Counted from the stretch's first letter, positions 42,527 through 52,192 are shown. The stretch: DNA of 55,105 bases from Candidatus Calditenuaceae archaeon JGI OTU-1 (GCA_000494145.1 AWOE01000005.1:1582-56686); one strand, 5' to 3'. Notes: generated by a model from the letters alone, not told the origin. Translations and numbers: made by a program.

Positions 42527-43423
42527 CTAAACGAAGCCCTCGACGATGATGACGGCGAAAAGGACCGCCAGATACGGACTCGAGAACTTGAAGAGCCTCC
42601 AGAAGTTCTCGAAGTTCGGTCTGAGGGCGGTCCTGAGGGAGAAGAGCAGCAGGAGGCCTCCCACCAACGACGCGGTCGCTATGTAGAGGAGTCCGAGGGA
42701 TGGCGAGAAGAGCGGTAGAGCCAGCGAGAAGACCACCAACAGGACCACGGTTGAGACGATGCACCTGATGGCCTTCCTCTCCTCTATCACAACCGGCAGC
42801 ATGGGTACCCCTGCCCTCCTGTAGTCCTCCCGGTACTTCATGGCGAGGCTCCAGACGTGTGAGGGTATCCAGAGGACGATCAGCGCCGCGAGCAACCAGC
42901 CGTAGACGTCCGGGAAGCCGGTAGCGGCCGTGTAACCGATCAGGGCTGGCGCGCCTCCAGCGAAGCTGCCCAGTATCACGTTCAACGGCGTCCTCCTCTT
43001 CGTCAGCATCACGTAGACCACGACGTAGTCTAGGACGCCGAAGACCATGAAGGCGAGAGCATAGAGGTTGATCAGGGCTGAGGTGACGATGCCGGCCGAG
43101 GTCAGTGCCAGGCCGAGGTAGAGGGCCTTCTCCGGGGGATTGATCCTCCCCGAGGGAATGGGCCTCCTGCGGGTCCTAGTCATGACCGAGTCGATGTCCC
43201 GTTCGATGTAGTTGGAGACCGTCTCGGCACCGGCACACCCTGCGGTCAGGGATGCGGCGGTGAGGGCCAGGGTGGAGGGATCGATCGAGCCTCTGTAGCC
43301 TGCGAAGTAGCCCCCGATGCCGGTGAAGACGAGGAGCCACCAGACGTTCGGCTTGGTCAGGACGAAGTAGGTCCTGAAGGTCGACGCCAGCGATCCGGTC
43401 GTCAACTGCGCCGTACCTGTCAA
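42527..43423 (-). CDS. ctaB: protoheme IX farnesyltransferase (heme O synthase), UbiA family
   Basis: 298 aa. LTKPNVWWLLVFTGIGGY, NYIERDIDSVMTRTRRRPIPSG (NxxxDxxxD ... RP), 8-9 TM helices. TTG start lies 25 nt downstream of the TATA-like TATATTG. Confidence 0.85.
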   Translation of the reverse strand: MTGTAQLTTGSLASTFRTYFVLTKPNVWWLLVFTGIGGYFAGYRGSIDPSTLALTAASLTAGCAGAETVSNYIERDIDSVMTRTRRRPIPSGRINPPEKALYLGLALTSAGIVTSALINLYALAFMVFGVLDYVVVYVMLTKRRTPLNVILGSFAGGAPALIGYTAATGFPDVYGWLLAALIVLWIPSHVWSLAMKYREDYRRAGVPMLPVVIEERKAIRCIVSTVVLLVVFSLALPLFSPSLGLLYIATASLVGGLLLLFSLRTALRPNFENFWRLFKFSSPYLAVLFAVIIVEGFV

Positions 43424-43503
43424 TCTGTCCGGAAGACCCGTGTCTTCTCAATATAGGAGTGATTTGTCGTCCCCGAACGGTGCGTGAGATGTCCGAAGTG
43501 GTG

Positions 43504-43604
43504 TGGCGCCGGGGGCGGGACTCGAACCCGCGCGCCCCTCAACGGGGCAGCGGCTCTCGAGCAGGGTCTCCAGGCCGCCCCAATGGCCGCTATGGGACCC
43601 CGGC
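43504..43604 (-). tRNA. tRNA-Ser (anticodon GGA), class II, with a 12-nt intron and an encoded CCA
   Basis: Folded by hand. Acceptor GCCGGGG/CCCCGGC, 3-bp D stem with a GG loop, anticodon stem GCGGC/GCCGC, loop CUGGAG(A), long variable arm GCCCC-GUUGA-GGGGC, T arm GCGGG-UUCGAGU-CCCGC, discriminator G, CCA. Confidence 0.8.
43556..43567 (-). other. tRNA intron (12 nt, ACCCTGCTCGAG) at the canonical 37/38 position of tRNA-Ser
   Basis: The 3' strand of the anticodon stem (GCCGC) lies 12 nt further downstream than a 7-nt loop allows. The insertion can pair partly with the anticodon loop (CU/AG, GAG/CUC). Confidence 0.6.
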
Positions 43605-43629
43605 CCATCCTCCGGATTCGTCTAGGTCC

Positions 43630-43636
43630 TATTTTT
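43630..43636 (-). promoter_or_regulatory. TATA-like box (AAAAATA) for tRNA-Ser
   Basis: 25 nt upstream of the tRNA 5' end at 43604. Confidence 0.55.
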
Positions 43637-43715
43637 CCTCACGCACCTCGATGCGAGCCCAGCGGCCCTCACAACTTAAGGGGAGACTCCCATCGTATCC
43701 CGAGGGGTCAGCCGG

Positions 43716-44588
43716 ATGAGGGGGAGCGCGGAGGTTGGGGGAGCGGTTACGGTGGTCAACGCGATATCGACGGGCAGGGGTGCGGCGATCGGAATATCGT
43801 TGAGGCTTAGGGCTAACGCAGAGCTCTCGGAAGACGGGCCCTTCTCGTTCAAGTGCACCAACCGGGAGGTCGACGACTCCGTGGCGAGGACCGCCTTCGA
43901 GCTCGTCGCGAACCGATACGGCCTGAAGGGCTACGGCTGCAGGATCGAGGTCGAGTCCGAGATACCTGTCGCTGTGGGGCTGAAGAGCTCGAGCGCCGCT
44001 GCCTCTGCCATCGCCCTCGCGCTCCTCGACGCCATCGGAGAGGTCCCGAGGTACCAAGAGCTGCTCGATCTAGTCACGGAGATCTCCGTACGCTCAGGAA
44101 CTTCCATCACCGGTGCCGCCGACGACGCATCGGCCTGCATGCTCGGAGGTTTCGTCGTGACCGACAACAGGAGGGCCGCCCTTCTGATGAGGGCCGAGGT
44201 CGATGAGCGGATGAGGGCCGTGATCGCCGTCCCCGAGGGGAGGAGGACGTACACCGCTTCCTTCAGGAGGGAGGCGTTGACCCCGTTCAGGCCCCTCGTC
44301 GAGGTGGCTTTCGAGCTGGCGATGCGGGGAGATTATTTGAGGGCGATGACGCTTAACGGCCTCGTCCACGCCGCAGCCCTCTCATACGGAACGGAAGCCA
44401 TCGTCGGCGCGCTGAGGAAGGGGGCCCTCTCGTGCTCCATCTCGGGGACCGGCCCGGCGATAGCCGCGCTCTGCACCGAGGAGAGCGTCGAACCGGTCAG
44501 GGAGGAGCTCGAGGCCTACGGGCAGACGATGGTCGTGGACGTCAACAACGCCCCTGCCCGGTATGGAGGGAGGAGGGTCTCGCTGTGA
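43716..44588 (+). CDS. aroK: archaeal-type shikimate kinase (GHMP kinase superfamily)
   Basis: 290 aa. [23 protein letters not shown]-terminus and GHMP motif [16 protein letters not shown]. Other GHMP kinases (for example pantoate kinase) cannot be fully excluded by eye. Confidence 0.6.
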   Translation: MRGSAEVGGAVTVVNAISTGRGAAIGISLRLRANAELSEDGPFSFKCTNREVDDSVARTAFELVANRYGLKGYGCRIEVESEIPVAVGLKSSSAAASAIALALLDAIGEVPRYQELLDLVTEISVRSGTSITGAADDASACMLGGFVVTDNRRAALLMRAEVDERMRAVIAVPEGRRTYTASFRREALTPFRPLVEVAFELAMRGDYLRAMTLNGLVHAAALSYGTEAIVGALRKGALSCSISGTGPAIAALCTEESVEPVREELEAYGQTMVVDVNNAPARYGGRRVSL

Positions 44589-44950
44589 GCACGCAGTTCG
44601 AGTTCAAGCAGGTCGTCGTGGTAAGGGCCGACCTCAGGATGAGCGTCGGCAAGACCGCCGTCCAGGTCGCCCACGCCTCGGTCTCCTCGCTCCTCAGGGC
44701 TATGAGGGAGCACCAGTTCTGGGTGGATCGGTGGCTCAGCGAGGGGCAGAAGAAGGTGGTCGTGAAGGTGAGGTCGCTTGAGGAGCTCGTGGAGCGGAAG
44801 CGCAGGGCCGAGGTTCTCGGCCTCCCGTGCGAGCTCGTGTCCGATGCGGGTCTGACGGAGCTGGAGCCCGGAACGGTCACTGCTCTAGGCATAGGGCCGG
44901 CGCCCTCGCACCTCATCGACAAGGTGACGGGCGACCTGCCGCTCCTCTAA
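44585..44950 (+). CDS. pth: peptidyl-tRNA hydrolase, archaeal Pth2
   Basis: 121 aa from GTG 44585 (GTGA overlap). [25 protein letters not shown] ... KVVVKV ... [21 protein letters not shown]. Confidence 0.85.
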   Translation: MSTQFEFKQVVVVRADLRMSVGKTAVQVAHASVSSLLRAMREHQFWVDRWLSEGQKKVVVKVRSLEELVERKRRAEVLGLPCELVSDAGLTELEPGTVTALGIGPAPSHLIDKVTGDLPLL

Positions 44951-44956
44951 GTTGCT

Positions 44957-46039
44957 CTAAGTCAGGACCTCGTCGAGCATAGCCTGCTCCCAGGCCTCCC
45001 TCAGCTCGATGCAGATCCTTCTCCCCATGGAGACCGCCCTCCTCAGGAATAGCTTCGAGTAGTTTCCGCCGATGCCCATATGGGCGTTGGTACCTCCCCC
45101 GATCCGAGGTGCGAAGTCGTAGACGACGGACCTCAGGTCCGGCATCACCATCAGCTGGAGCGTGAAGGGACCTATGAGCCCCGGCGGCTCGAGTTTCGCG
45201 GACGCCTCCACGACCCTCTCCCCCATCTCGTAGATCTGGTTCAGGAGGCTCTCCCTCAGCGTAGCGGGCTCGTGTCCGACCTCTATCATCGAAGGTTCCA
45301 TCCCCAGCTCGAGCTGATCCCTTGCCGTGAGCCTGAGGTATCCGTCGAGGTCGCTCTGGATCCTCCTGTCCACGCTGACGATCTCGATCCTCCTCCTCAC
45401 CCTGCTCAGGAAGAAGTTGACGTTGAAGTGGGCGCCGAGCAGCAGCTCCTCTATTACGGCCGAACGGAGGGTTGCCTCGCTGATCGTCCCCGCCTCCAGC
45501 GCCCTCCTCACCTTGCGCCTGAGGTCGTCGCGGTCCGTGGCTATCAGGAAGGCCCTCTCCTGCGTCCGCTCGGCCTCCTGAACCTTCAGGACGACAGGCC
45601 TGTCCACTTCGTCGATCTCGGAGAAGGTCCTCGGCCTCCTGACTCCTGCCTCGTCGAGCAACCGGTAGTAGTTCTTCTCTCCGATCCTCTCCTCCCACCT
45701 GAGCATCCTCCTGTTCCCGAAGACCGGAACGCGCAGACCCCTCTCGATCCCATCGTACCCGACGTAGACCGCCATGCTCCTGTTGGGCACCACCACGCTC
45801 CCCAGCTCGATAAGCCTCGACTGGACCGGGTCGCTCAGCATCTCCTTGTAATCGTCCAGATCGATGTAGTGGTCGATCAGCTCGGGCAGGGCCCTGTAGA
45901 TCGCGTCGCGCCCTCTCTTGCAGATCGCTACCGTCGACAGACCCTCGTCCTTCGCGCCGTCGAAGACGTCGAGCGCCGAGTGGGAGGCGACGCAGGCCAC
46001 CGAGTTTACCTTCATCGGGTCTGCCCGGAAAGGCACCAA
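44957..46039 (-). CDS. purP: FAICAR synthetase PurP (ATP-grasp)
   Basis: 360 aa. ASHSALDVFDGAKDEG, NRSMAVYVG, FGNRRMLRWEER, and a C-terminal ATP-grasp region. ATG 46015 is an alternative start. Confidence 0.8.
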   Translation of the reverse strand: MVPFRADPMKVNSVACVASHSALDVFDGAKDEGLSTVAICKRGRDAIYRALPELIDHYIDLDDYKEMLSDPVQSRLIELGSVVVPNRSMAVYVGYDGIERGLRVPVFGNRRMLRWEERIGEKNYYRLLDEAGVRRPRTFSEIDEVDRPVVLKVQEAERTQERAFLIATDRDDLRRKVRRALEAGTISEATLRSAVIEELLLGAHFNVNFFLSRVRRRIEIVSVDRRIQSDLDGYLRLTARDQLELGMEPSMIEVGHEPATLRESLLNQIYEMGERVVEASAKLEPPGLIGPFTLQLMVMPDLRSVVYDFAPRIGGGTNAHMGIGGNYSKLFLRRAVSMGRRICIELREAWEQAMLDEVLT

Positions 46040-46050
46040 CGTAAACGTTC

Positions 46051-47076
46051 TCAGGTCAGCACCTCGTCGAGGCTCCCGGTCTCGGCGGCGGTCTTCAGCT
46101 CCAGCGCAACCCTCTCCCCAACGGTCATCGGCCTGCCGAAGTAGAGGGCGAGGTAGGGGCTTCCGTGGACGGAGTACACGTTGGTGCCAGCGACGATCCT
46201 GCCCGAGAACTCGAAGGCGAAGACGTTAAGTCCGCTGTCGACGACGCACTCGAGGCAGAAGGGGCCTGCGAACTTGCCGCCTGCCTCGCGCTTGACCGTC
46301 TCGACGAAACGCTCTCCGTATTCGAGGAAGGTCTCCAGCAGCCTCTCCCTCGGGAAAACAGGGATGTTGCCGACGACCGTGAAGGTCGGCGAGCGCCTCA
46401 TTGCTATGCTGACGGGCGCCCTCCTGAGGCCGTCGACGTCCGACTCGTACCTGATGTCGAAGCCTGTGATCTCGGTCCTGTTGTGAATCGGCGAGTGGAA
46501 GTAGTGAGCGTACACGGTGGTGCCGATGAGGTACTCCTGTATCATCACCTCGGAAGGGCCCTTGACGATCCGCCTCTCCAGGGCCCAGATCTGAAGGTCC
46601 GAGATCCTCTGGGGGTCATCGGTCACCTCGTAGTCCATCCCGCCCCTTGCACCGGGGAACTTGACGATCACGGGCCTGTCGACCAGCCACGGCGTCGAGA
46701 ACTCTTTGGGCGTCGGTATGCCTGCCTTCCTCAGCAGCTCCATCTTCCGCCGCTGGTCGGCCTCGATCCCCAGCAGCGCCCTCGACCCGAAGACCTTGAT
46801 CTTGGTCCTGAACAGGTTCTCAGGTCGCACGTACTCCACCACCGATCCGTTCGGCACCAGGACGAAGCCTTCGTCGGCCAGCCCGTCCAGCGTCTCGGTG
46901 CCGGCGTACCTGACGAGCTCGCAGCTCAGGGCCGGGAAGCGGCGGTAGAGCTCAAGACGATCCTCCGGACCGAAGAGCGCCGTCCTGACGCCTTGCTCCA
47001 TGCCGCCGAGCACCAGCTGGAGCGCACTGTGACTGGCGAAGACCGCCATCCCCAAGCCCTTCTTCTCGTAATTCAT
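46051..47076 (-). CDS. PurP paralog (FAICAR synthetase family)
   Basis: 341 aa. FASHSALQLVLGGMEQG, VPNGSVVEYV, FGSRALLGIEADQ. Same architecture as the neighbouring purP. Leaderless geometry: TATA-like box 21 nt upstream. Confidence 0.75.
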   Translation of the reverse strand: MNYEKKGLGMAVFASHSALQLVLGGMEQGVRTALFGPEDRLELYRRFPALSCELVRYAGTETLDGLADEGFVLVPNGSVVEYVRPENLFRTKIKVFGSRALLGIEADQRRKMELLRKAGIPTPKEFSTPWLVDRPVIVKFPGARGGMDYEVTDDPQRISDLQIWALERRIVKGPSEVMIQEYLIGTTVYAHYFHSPIHNRTEITGFDIRYESDVDGLRRAPVSIAMRRSPTFTVVGNIPVFPRERLLETFLEYGERFVETVKREAGGKFAGPFCLECVVDSGLNVFAFEFSGRIVAGTNVYSVHGSPYLALYFGRPMTVGERVALELKTAAETGSLDEVLT

Positions 47077-47097
47077 TCGGCTATCAGCACCGCATTA

Positions 47098-47105
47098 CTT
47101 ATTAA
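47098..47105. promoter_or_regulatory. shared AT-rich box (CTTATTAA) between the divergent purP paralog and the HTH regulator gene
   Basis: 21 nt from ATG 47076 (minus strand, leaderless) and 34 nt from ATG 47140 (plus strand, whose leader carries GGAGGTGA). Confidence 0.5.
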
Positions 47106-47139
47106 CCGTTGGGCTAAAGCGGAGGCCGTGGAGGTGAAA

Positions 47140-47862
47140 ATGGCGACCGATGACTGGCTCGTGAACCAAGTGGCCTACAAGATAGCGTCGGAGATCGTCT
47201 TCTCGAACGAGCCAGGGAGGACGATGAGGAAGTGGAGGTTGATCTTCGGGCTGACGCAGAAGGAGGTCGCCAGCGCGATGGGCATATCGTCCCCTGTCCT
47301 GAGCGATTACGAGAAGGGGAAGAGGAGGTCGCCGGGGATCAACTTCGTCAGCAGGTTCGTCAGGAGCCTGATCGACCTCGACCTGCAGAGGGGAGGGAAG
47401 GTGGTCCGCAAGATGTTCGAGGGGACGATGAAGCTCCAGCACTCTGTGATCGACATGGTCGAGTTCCCTGAGCCGGTGGAGCTGGCGAGGGTCGTCGAGG
47501 CCGTAGCCGGCATACCCCTGACCCTCTCGGACGAGGTCTCGGGCAACGTTTACGGCTACACGGTGATCGACAGCCTCGCGGCGATAACCGAGCTGGGTCC
47601 CTACGACTTCGTGAACCTCTTCGGACGCAACTCGATGAGGGCGATCGTCTTCACCAACGTCACCTCTGGGAGGTCTCCCATGGTCGCGATCAGGGTCTTC
47701 CCGCTCAAGCCCAAGGCGGTGATCCTGCACGGACCTAAGAGTCCCGAGGCGGTCGACGGGCTGGCTAAGAAGCTCAGCGAGATCGAGAGGATACCCCTGA
47801 TCCTCTCAACCGCGAACTCCGTCGAGTCGATGATCAAGTCGCTGAGGTCGCTCGTGAGATGA
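47140..47862 (+). CDS. XRE-type HTH transcriptional regulator with C-terminal domain (COG1395-like)
   Basis: 240 aa from ATG 47140, which lies 2 nt after GGAGGTGA (47130-47137). HTH RKWRLIFGLTQKEVASAMGISSPVLSDYEKGKR. The 5' 975 nt of the 565-aa ORF-track entry are antisense to purP and are rejected. Confidence 0.65.
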   Translation: MATDDWLVNQVAYKIASEIVFSNEPGRTMRKWRLIFGLTQKEVASAMGISSPVLSDYEKGKRRSPGINFVSRFVRSLIDLDLQRGGKVVRKMFEGTMKLQHSVIDMVEFPEPVELARVVEAVAGIPLTLSDEVSGNVYGYTVIDSLAAITELGPYDFVNLFGRNSMRAIVFTNVTSGRSPMVAIRVFPLKPKAVILHGPKSPEAVDGLAKKLSEIERIPLILSTANSVESMIKSLRSLVR

Positions 47863-48626
47863 GGAGCGGGAGGGTCGTAGTCGGCTGCTGCGGGTTCCCC
47901 GTATCGATGAAGCGCTACGTGGCGCGCTTCAACGCCGTTGAGGTCCAGTCCACCTTCTACAGAGTCCACGAGCGGAGGACGCTCGAGAGGTGGAGGAGGT
48001 CGGTCCCGGAAGACTTCGTCTTCAGCGTCAAGGCCTTTCAGGGCGTCACCCACCCTCCCAACAGCCCTACCTGGAGGAGGTCGAACGTCCGGCCCAAGCC
48101 GGGCCACGGTCTGCTGAGGGCGAGCAGGGAGGTGATGGAGAGCTGGGAGGTCACGCTCGAGGCCTGCAGGGCGCTGAAGGCGGAGTTCTGCGTCGTCCAG
48201 ACACCGGCAGCCTTCAACGACACGCCCCAGAACGTCGAGAACGCCCTCCGGTTCTTCAAGGAGGTCGATCGCGACGGCATAACCATCGGCTTCGAGCCAC
48301 GGGGTTGGAGCGAGACATGGATCAAAAAGGTCTGCGAGCAGACGGATTTGGTCCACGTGGTCGACCCCTTCGCCGCCGAGCCCCTCCACCTCTCGAGCAG
48401 AAGGACCCTCTACCTCAGGCTTCACGGCTCACCACCCGGGAAGAGGATGTACAGCTACACCTACACCGACGAGGACCTGCGGTGGCTTGAGAGATTTCTG
48501 AGGAGGCACGAGTTCAGCAGGACCTACGTCATGTTCAACAACGTCACCATGTTCGACGACGCCCACCGTTTCCTGAAGCTGCTTCAGGAGATCGGCTGGG
48601 AGATCGACCAGAGCATGTCGAAGTAG
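47859..48626 (+). CDS. DUF72 (UPF0759) family protein
   Basis: 255 aa. VGCCGFP ... RFNAVEVQSTFY ... EDFVFSVKAFQGVTH ... VQTP ... LRLHG pattern. ATGA overlap with the upstream regulator. Confidence 0.75.
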   Translation: MRSGRVVVGCCGFPVSMKRYVARFNAVEVQSTFYRVHERRTLERWRRSVPEDFVFSVKAFQGVTHPPNSPTWRRSNVRPKPGHGLLRASREVMESWEVTLEACRALKAEFCVVQTPAAFNDTPQNVENALRFFKEVDRDGITIGFEPRGWSETWIKKVCEQTDLVHVVDPFAAEPLHLSSRRTLYLRLHGSPPGKRMYSYTYTDEDLRWLERFLRRHEFSRTYVMFNNVTMFDDAHRFLKLLQEIGWEIDQSMSK

Positions 48627-49348
48627 GTCTGGGCCAGCATCGTCAGCATCGAGTGGACCGAGTGTATTCCCACCTTCGGTCTCGGTCTGTCGGGCTCCAG
48701 GAGGATCAAAACGACCTCCGAGGCATCCGCTATCACACCGCCTCCGAAGCTCAGCTCCCGCCTCCTGACCTCGGCGAGCTCCGCGAGCTTCCTGACCTCG
48801 CTGCTGGAGACCTCGTTCCCCACCAGCACCCTGACCGATCCTCCCCTCTCCCTCATGACCGAGGCGACGGGCAGTAGCGTGTCGGCCACTTCCTCCGGAA
48901 TGACCGGAAGGGCGACCGCCAGGCTCCTCCTCGCTTTGGCTATGGTCGACCTGACCCTGCGCCACAGGTCCTGCTCGCCCCTCACGATGACGAGCTCCGG
49001 CACCTCCTCCCCGCCTTTCCCCCTGAACATCGGCGTCAGCTCGTCGATCAGCGACCTCGCCAGCTCATCCAGCTCCCTCTCCATCCTCATCAGGCTCCCC
49101 CTCACAGCCACCTCGGGATCCAGGGGCCTGTACCTCGACGGCCTTCCCCTCTCCGCAACGGCCCATCCCTTCTCGATGAGCGAGTTGATCACCTCGTAGA
49201 TCCTCGACTTCGGGACGCTTGCAGCCTCAGCGATCTCCTTCGCCGTTCCCTCACCCATCTCGAGGAGTGCGAGGTACGCCTTCACCTCGTAGCCGGTGAG
49301 ACCGAACCTCCTGAGCTGGTTGACGAGCCGCTCGCCGGAACCCACCAT
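48584..49348 (-). CDS. trmB: TrmB-family transcriptional regulator
   Basis: 254 aa. LRRFGLTGYEVKAYLALLEMGEGTAKEIAEAASVPKSRIYEVINSLIEKGW. TATA-like ATTTTTAC lies about 30 nt upstream. Confidence 0.8.
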   Translation of the reverse strand: MVGSGERLVNQLRRFGLTGYEVKAYLALLEMGEGTAKEIAEAASVPKSRIYEVINSLIEKGWAVAERGRPSRYRPLDPEVAVRGSLMRMERELDELARSLIDELTPMFRGKGGEEVPELVIVRGEQDLWRRVRSTIAKARRSLAVALPVIPEEVADTLLPVASVMRERGGSVRVLVGNEVSSSEVRKLAELAEVRRRELSFGGGVIADASEVVLILLEPDRPRPKVGIHSVHSMLTMLAQTYFDMLWSISQPIS

Positions 49349-49469
49349 TCTCCCGCCATCACCGTCACCTCTCTGGTAAAAATCCGCCTATCCATCAACG
49401 AGCCTGTCTCAGAACGCCGGCCCGTGGTTATGCCGCATCGTTTTAACCCTAGGAGCCTGCAACCCTTGC

Positions 49470-50120
49470 GTGATCGTCCTCGCCTTCGATGTCTTCGGGA
49501 CCCTCTACGACGTAGGCAGCTTGGTCTCGGCAGCGGAGGGCATCGTCCCCAACCCAGAGGCGTTCGTCAGGACCTGGCGGGCGAAGCAGCTGGAATACAC
49601 TCACTTGCTGTCGATGATGGAAAGGTACGAGAGGTTCTGGAACGTGACCGAAAGGGCGCTGCGGTACACCCTGAGGCTCTTCGGCATCTCCCTCAGCGAC
49701 CAAGGAGTCGAGGAGCTGATGGGTGCATGGCTCAGGTTGAGGCCGTACGGCGACGTTCCGGAGGCCCTCGCCCGCTTAGCTGAGAGGTTCAAGCTGGTGA
49801 CGCTGACGAACGGTGACAGAGAGATGGTGGACGCTCTGCTCAGCAACACCGGCCTGAGGGGGTTCTTCGCCGACCTCCTGACGGCCGATGAGGTGGGCAT
49901 CTACAAGCCCAGCCCGAAGGTCTACGCCCTCGTCGAGAGGCTCGGGGTGAGCAGGAGCGAGGTCGGCTTCGTCTCCTCGAACCCCTGGGACGTGGCTGGA
50001 GCGGGCGCTGCGGGTCTTACTCCGATCTTCGTCAACAGGCACGGACTTCCACAGGAGGAGCTCGGCATCGTCGCCCGGGTCGAGGTGAGGGACTTGAGGG
50101 AGCTGGCAGAGAGGCTTTAG
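49470..50120 (+). CDS. HAD-superfamily hydrolase, L-2-haloacid dehalogenase-like (type II)
   Basis: 216 aa. FDVFGTLYDV (DxxGT motif I), LTNG, YKPSPKVY, SSNPWDVAGAGAAG. Confidence 0.75.
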   Translation: MIVLAFDVFGTLYDVGSLVSAAEGIVPNPEAFVRTWRAKQLEYTHLLSMMERYERFWNVTERALRYTLRLFGISLSDQGVEELMGAWLRLRPYGDVPEALARLAERFKLVTLTNGDREMVDALLSNTGLRGFFADLLTADEVGIYKPSPKVYALVERLGVSRSEVGFVSSNPWDVAGAGAAGLTPIFVNRHGLPQEELGIVARVEVRDLRELAERL

Positions 50121-50209
50121 GAGAGTCCGTCGAAGAGGTCTTGAAAGGTCCGGCCTTCCAACGCCCACTAGCTTAAAATATAACCCGTCCACATTCCTTC
50201 TGATAAGGC

Positions 50210-52165
50210 TTGTCCGCGCAATTCGGGAAGGTGGTTGTGATAGGAGCGGGAACGATGGGTCACGGCATAGCACAGGTCGCTGCTATGTCAGGGTACAGCG
50301 TCACCATGGTCGACCTCTCTGACGAGATACTGAGAAGGGCTTTGGAGAGGATAAGGTGGAGCCTTAGCAAGTTCGCGGAGTGGGGCAGGATCAGGCCCGA
50401 CGATGTCGATAAGATCATCAGTAGGATCAGCACGACCACCGACCTCGAATCGGCTTGCACGGACGCGGACGTCGTTATCGAGGCGGTCTTCGAGGACCTC
50501 AAAGTCAAGCAAGATACCTGGAGTAGGGCTAGCAGGGCCGCACGGAAGGCCCGGATCCTCGGGACCAACACCAGCTCGATTCCCATAGATGATCAGGCGT
50601 CCGCGGTTGAGGGCCCGGAGAGGTTCCTCGGCATCCACTTCTTCAACCCGCCCCAGCTGATGCAGCTGGTCGAGATCATCGTCGGCAGCAAGACCAGCGA
50701 CGAGACGAGAAAACTCGCCACGGAGTTCGCCAGATCGCTCGGAAAGACCGTCGTCACGGTCTACAGGGACGTCCCCGGCTTCATAGTCAGCAGGGTCCTC
50801 ACGAGGATCGAGGAGGTCGCATGTCATCTGGTCGAGAAAGGGAAGTACACGCCGGTTCAGATCGACTCGGCCCTGAAGTATAGGGCGGGATTCCCGATGG
50901 GCGTTTTCGAGCTTATAGACTATATCGGGATCGATATCACCTACAACGTCTCCTCCAAGGTCATGGCAGAGCGGGACAAGACTTTCAGGCCCATCGAGCT
51001 CCTCAAGAGGTACGTGGAGAGGGGCGAGCTCGGCGCGAAGACCGGAAAGGGTTTCTACGAGTGGCCTGGTGGTGCTCGTCCCACAATACCCCAGGATGCA
51101 GGTAAGGACGTCGACATCTGGTACATAATAATCCCGGGAATGAACGAGGCGGCGCGCCTAGTGGAGCAGGGCATAGCGACCCACGAGGACGTCGAGACGG
51201 CCATAAAGCTCGGCCTCAACCTCCCCAAGGGCGTGCTGGGATATGCAGCGGAGCTGACGGCTGAGAAGGTGAGGTCGGTGCTCTCGGAGCTGAGGGCCGA
51301 GCTCGGCGAGGGCTACGACCCCTCCCCATACCTGCTCTCGATCGTCGCGCAGCCCAGACCAGCTGCCGCCAAGTACGAGGAGATCGAGGTGAGGAGGGAA
51401 CCTCCGATCGGATGGATAGTGCTGAACCGGTCGCACCGCCTTAACGCCATCTCTCCCAAGATGCTCGATGAGTTAGAGGACGCGATCTCCGAGCTCGCAG
51501 CAGACCGGGCTGTCAAGGTCATCGTGATCACGGGTTCGGGCGAGAGGGCCTTCTCGGTCGGTGCCGACATCACCACATTCTCAGAGATCCTCTCGAGCGA
51601 GAGCAAGGTGCCGATGGCATTCTGGTTTTCCGTCAGATTTAACGAAGTGTTCCGTAAGATCGAGAGGACCCCGAAGCCTGTGGTGGCCGCGATAGATGGA
51701 TACGCCCTCGGTGGCGGCCTAGAGCTGGCACTAGTCTGTGACTTCAGGATCGCCTCCGACAGGTCTGAGGTAGGTCAGCCGGAGATCAGGCTCGGACTCA
51801 TTCCAGGCGGCGGAGCTACCCAACGCCTTACAAGGCTGATCGGGCCCTCCAAGGCTAAGCAGGTGATCTTCTTCGGCGACCGGATCAAGGCCGACGAGGC
51901 GCTCAGATTGGGCATCCTCGACAAGGTCGTTCCTGCGGAGAGCTTTGAGCGTGAGGTCAGGGAGTTCGCGATGAAGCTGGCCGAGTTGCCTCCGATAGCT
52001 CTCGCCGCTGCGAAGGAGGCCATCAACACAGCGCTAAACGTCTCGATCGATGACGGATTACGCTACGAGTCGAGCCTTTCAGCTCTCCTCTTCTCGACGA
52101 AGGATCTGGCCGAGGGTGTATCTGCCTTCTTCTCGAAGAGGAAGCCGGAGTTCAAGGGCGAGTGA
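50210..52165 (+). CDS. bifunctional 3-hydroxyacyl-CoA dehydrogenase / enoyl-CoA hydratase fusion
   Basis: 651 aa. N-terminal VVVIGAGTMGHGIA Rossmann fold and HFFNPP. C-terminal crotonase VITGSGERAFSVGADI ... DGYALGGGLELAL. TTG start lies about 26 nt after the TATA-like TTAAAATATAA. Confidence 0.88.
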   Translation: MSAQFGKVVVIGAGTMGHGIAQVAAMSGYSVTMVDLSDEILRRALERIRWSLSKFAEWGRIRPDDVDKIISRISTTTDLESACTDADVVIEAVFEDLKVKQDTWSRASRAARKARILGTNTSSIPIDDQASAVEGPERFLGIHFFNPPQLMQLVEIIVGSKTSDETRKLATEFARSLGKTVVTVYRDVPGFIVSRVLTRIEEVACHLVEKGKYTPVQIDSALKYRAGFPMGVFELIDYIGIDITYNVSSKVMAERDKTFRPIELLKRYVERGELGAKTGKGFYEWPGGARPTIPQDAGKDVDIWYIIIPGMNEAARLVEQGIATHEDVETAIKLGLNLPKGVLGYAAELTAEKVRSVLSELRAELGEGYDPSPYLLSIVAQPRPAAAKYEEIEVRREPPIGWIVLNRSHRLNAISPKMLDELEDAISELAADRAVKVIVITGSGERAFSVGADITTFSEILSSESKVPMAFWFSVRFNEVFRKIERTPKPVVAAIDGYALGGGLELALVCDFRIASDRSEVGQPEIRLGLIPGGGATQRLTRLIGPSKAKQVIFFGDRIKADEALRLGILDKVVPAESFEREVREFAMKLAELPPIALAAAKEAINTALNVSIDDGLRYESSLSALLFSTKDLAEGVSAFFSKRKPEFKGE

Positions 52166-52185
52166 GGGGGCGCAAAGATTTCCGA

Positions 52186-52192
52186 TTTTTTT
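52186..52192 (+). terminator. oligo-T (T7) archaeal-type terminator after the dehydrogenase/hydratase fusion gene
   Basis: TTTTTTT begins 21 nt after the TGA at 52163-52165. No comparable T-run occurs inside neighbouring coding sequence. Confidence 0.55.

Noticed and set aside
43420-43810. Several 60-110-aa ORFs on both strands
   Set aside because: They overlap the tRNA-Ser gene and its promoter, or are shadows of the shikimate kinase 5' end.
45080-47139. Plus-strand ORFs of 354 aa and the first 325 codons of the 565-aa ORF
   Set aside because: They are antisense to the two purP genes. Only the last 240 codons (from ATG 47140, preceded by GGAGGTGA) encode a recognisable HTH regulator.
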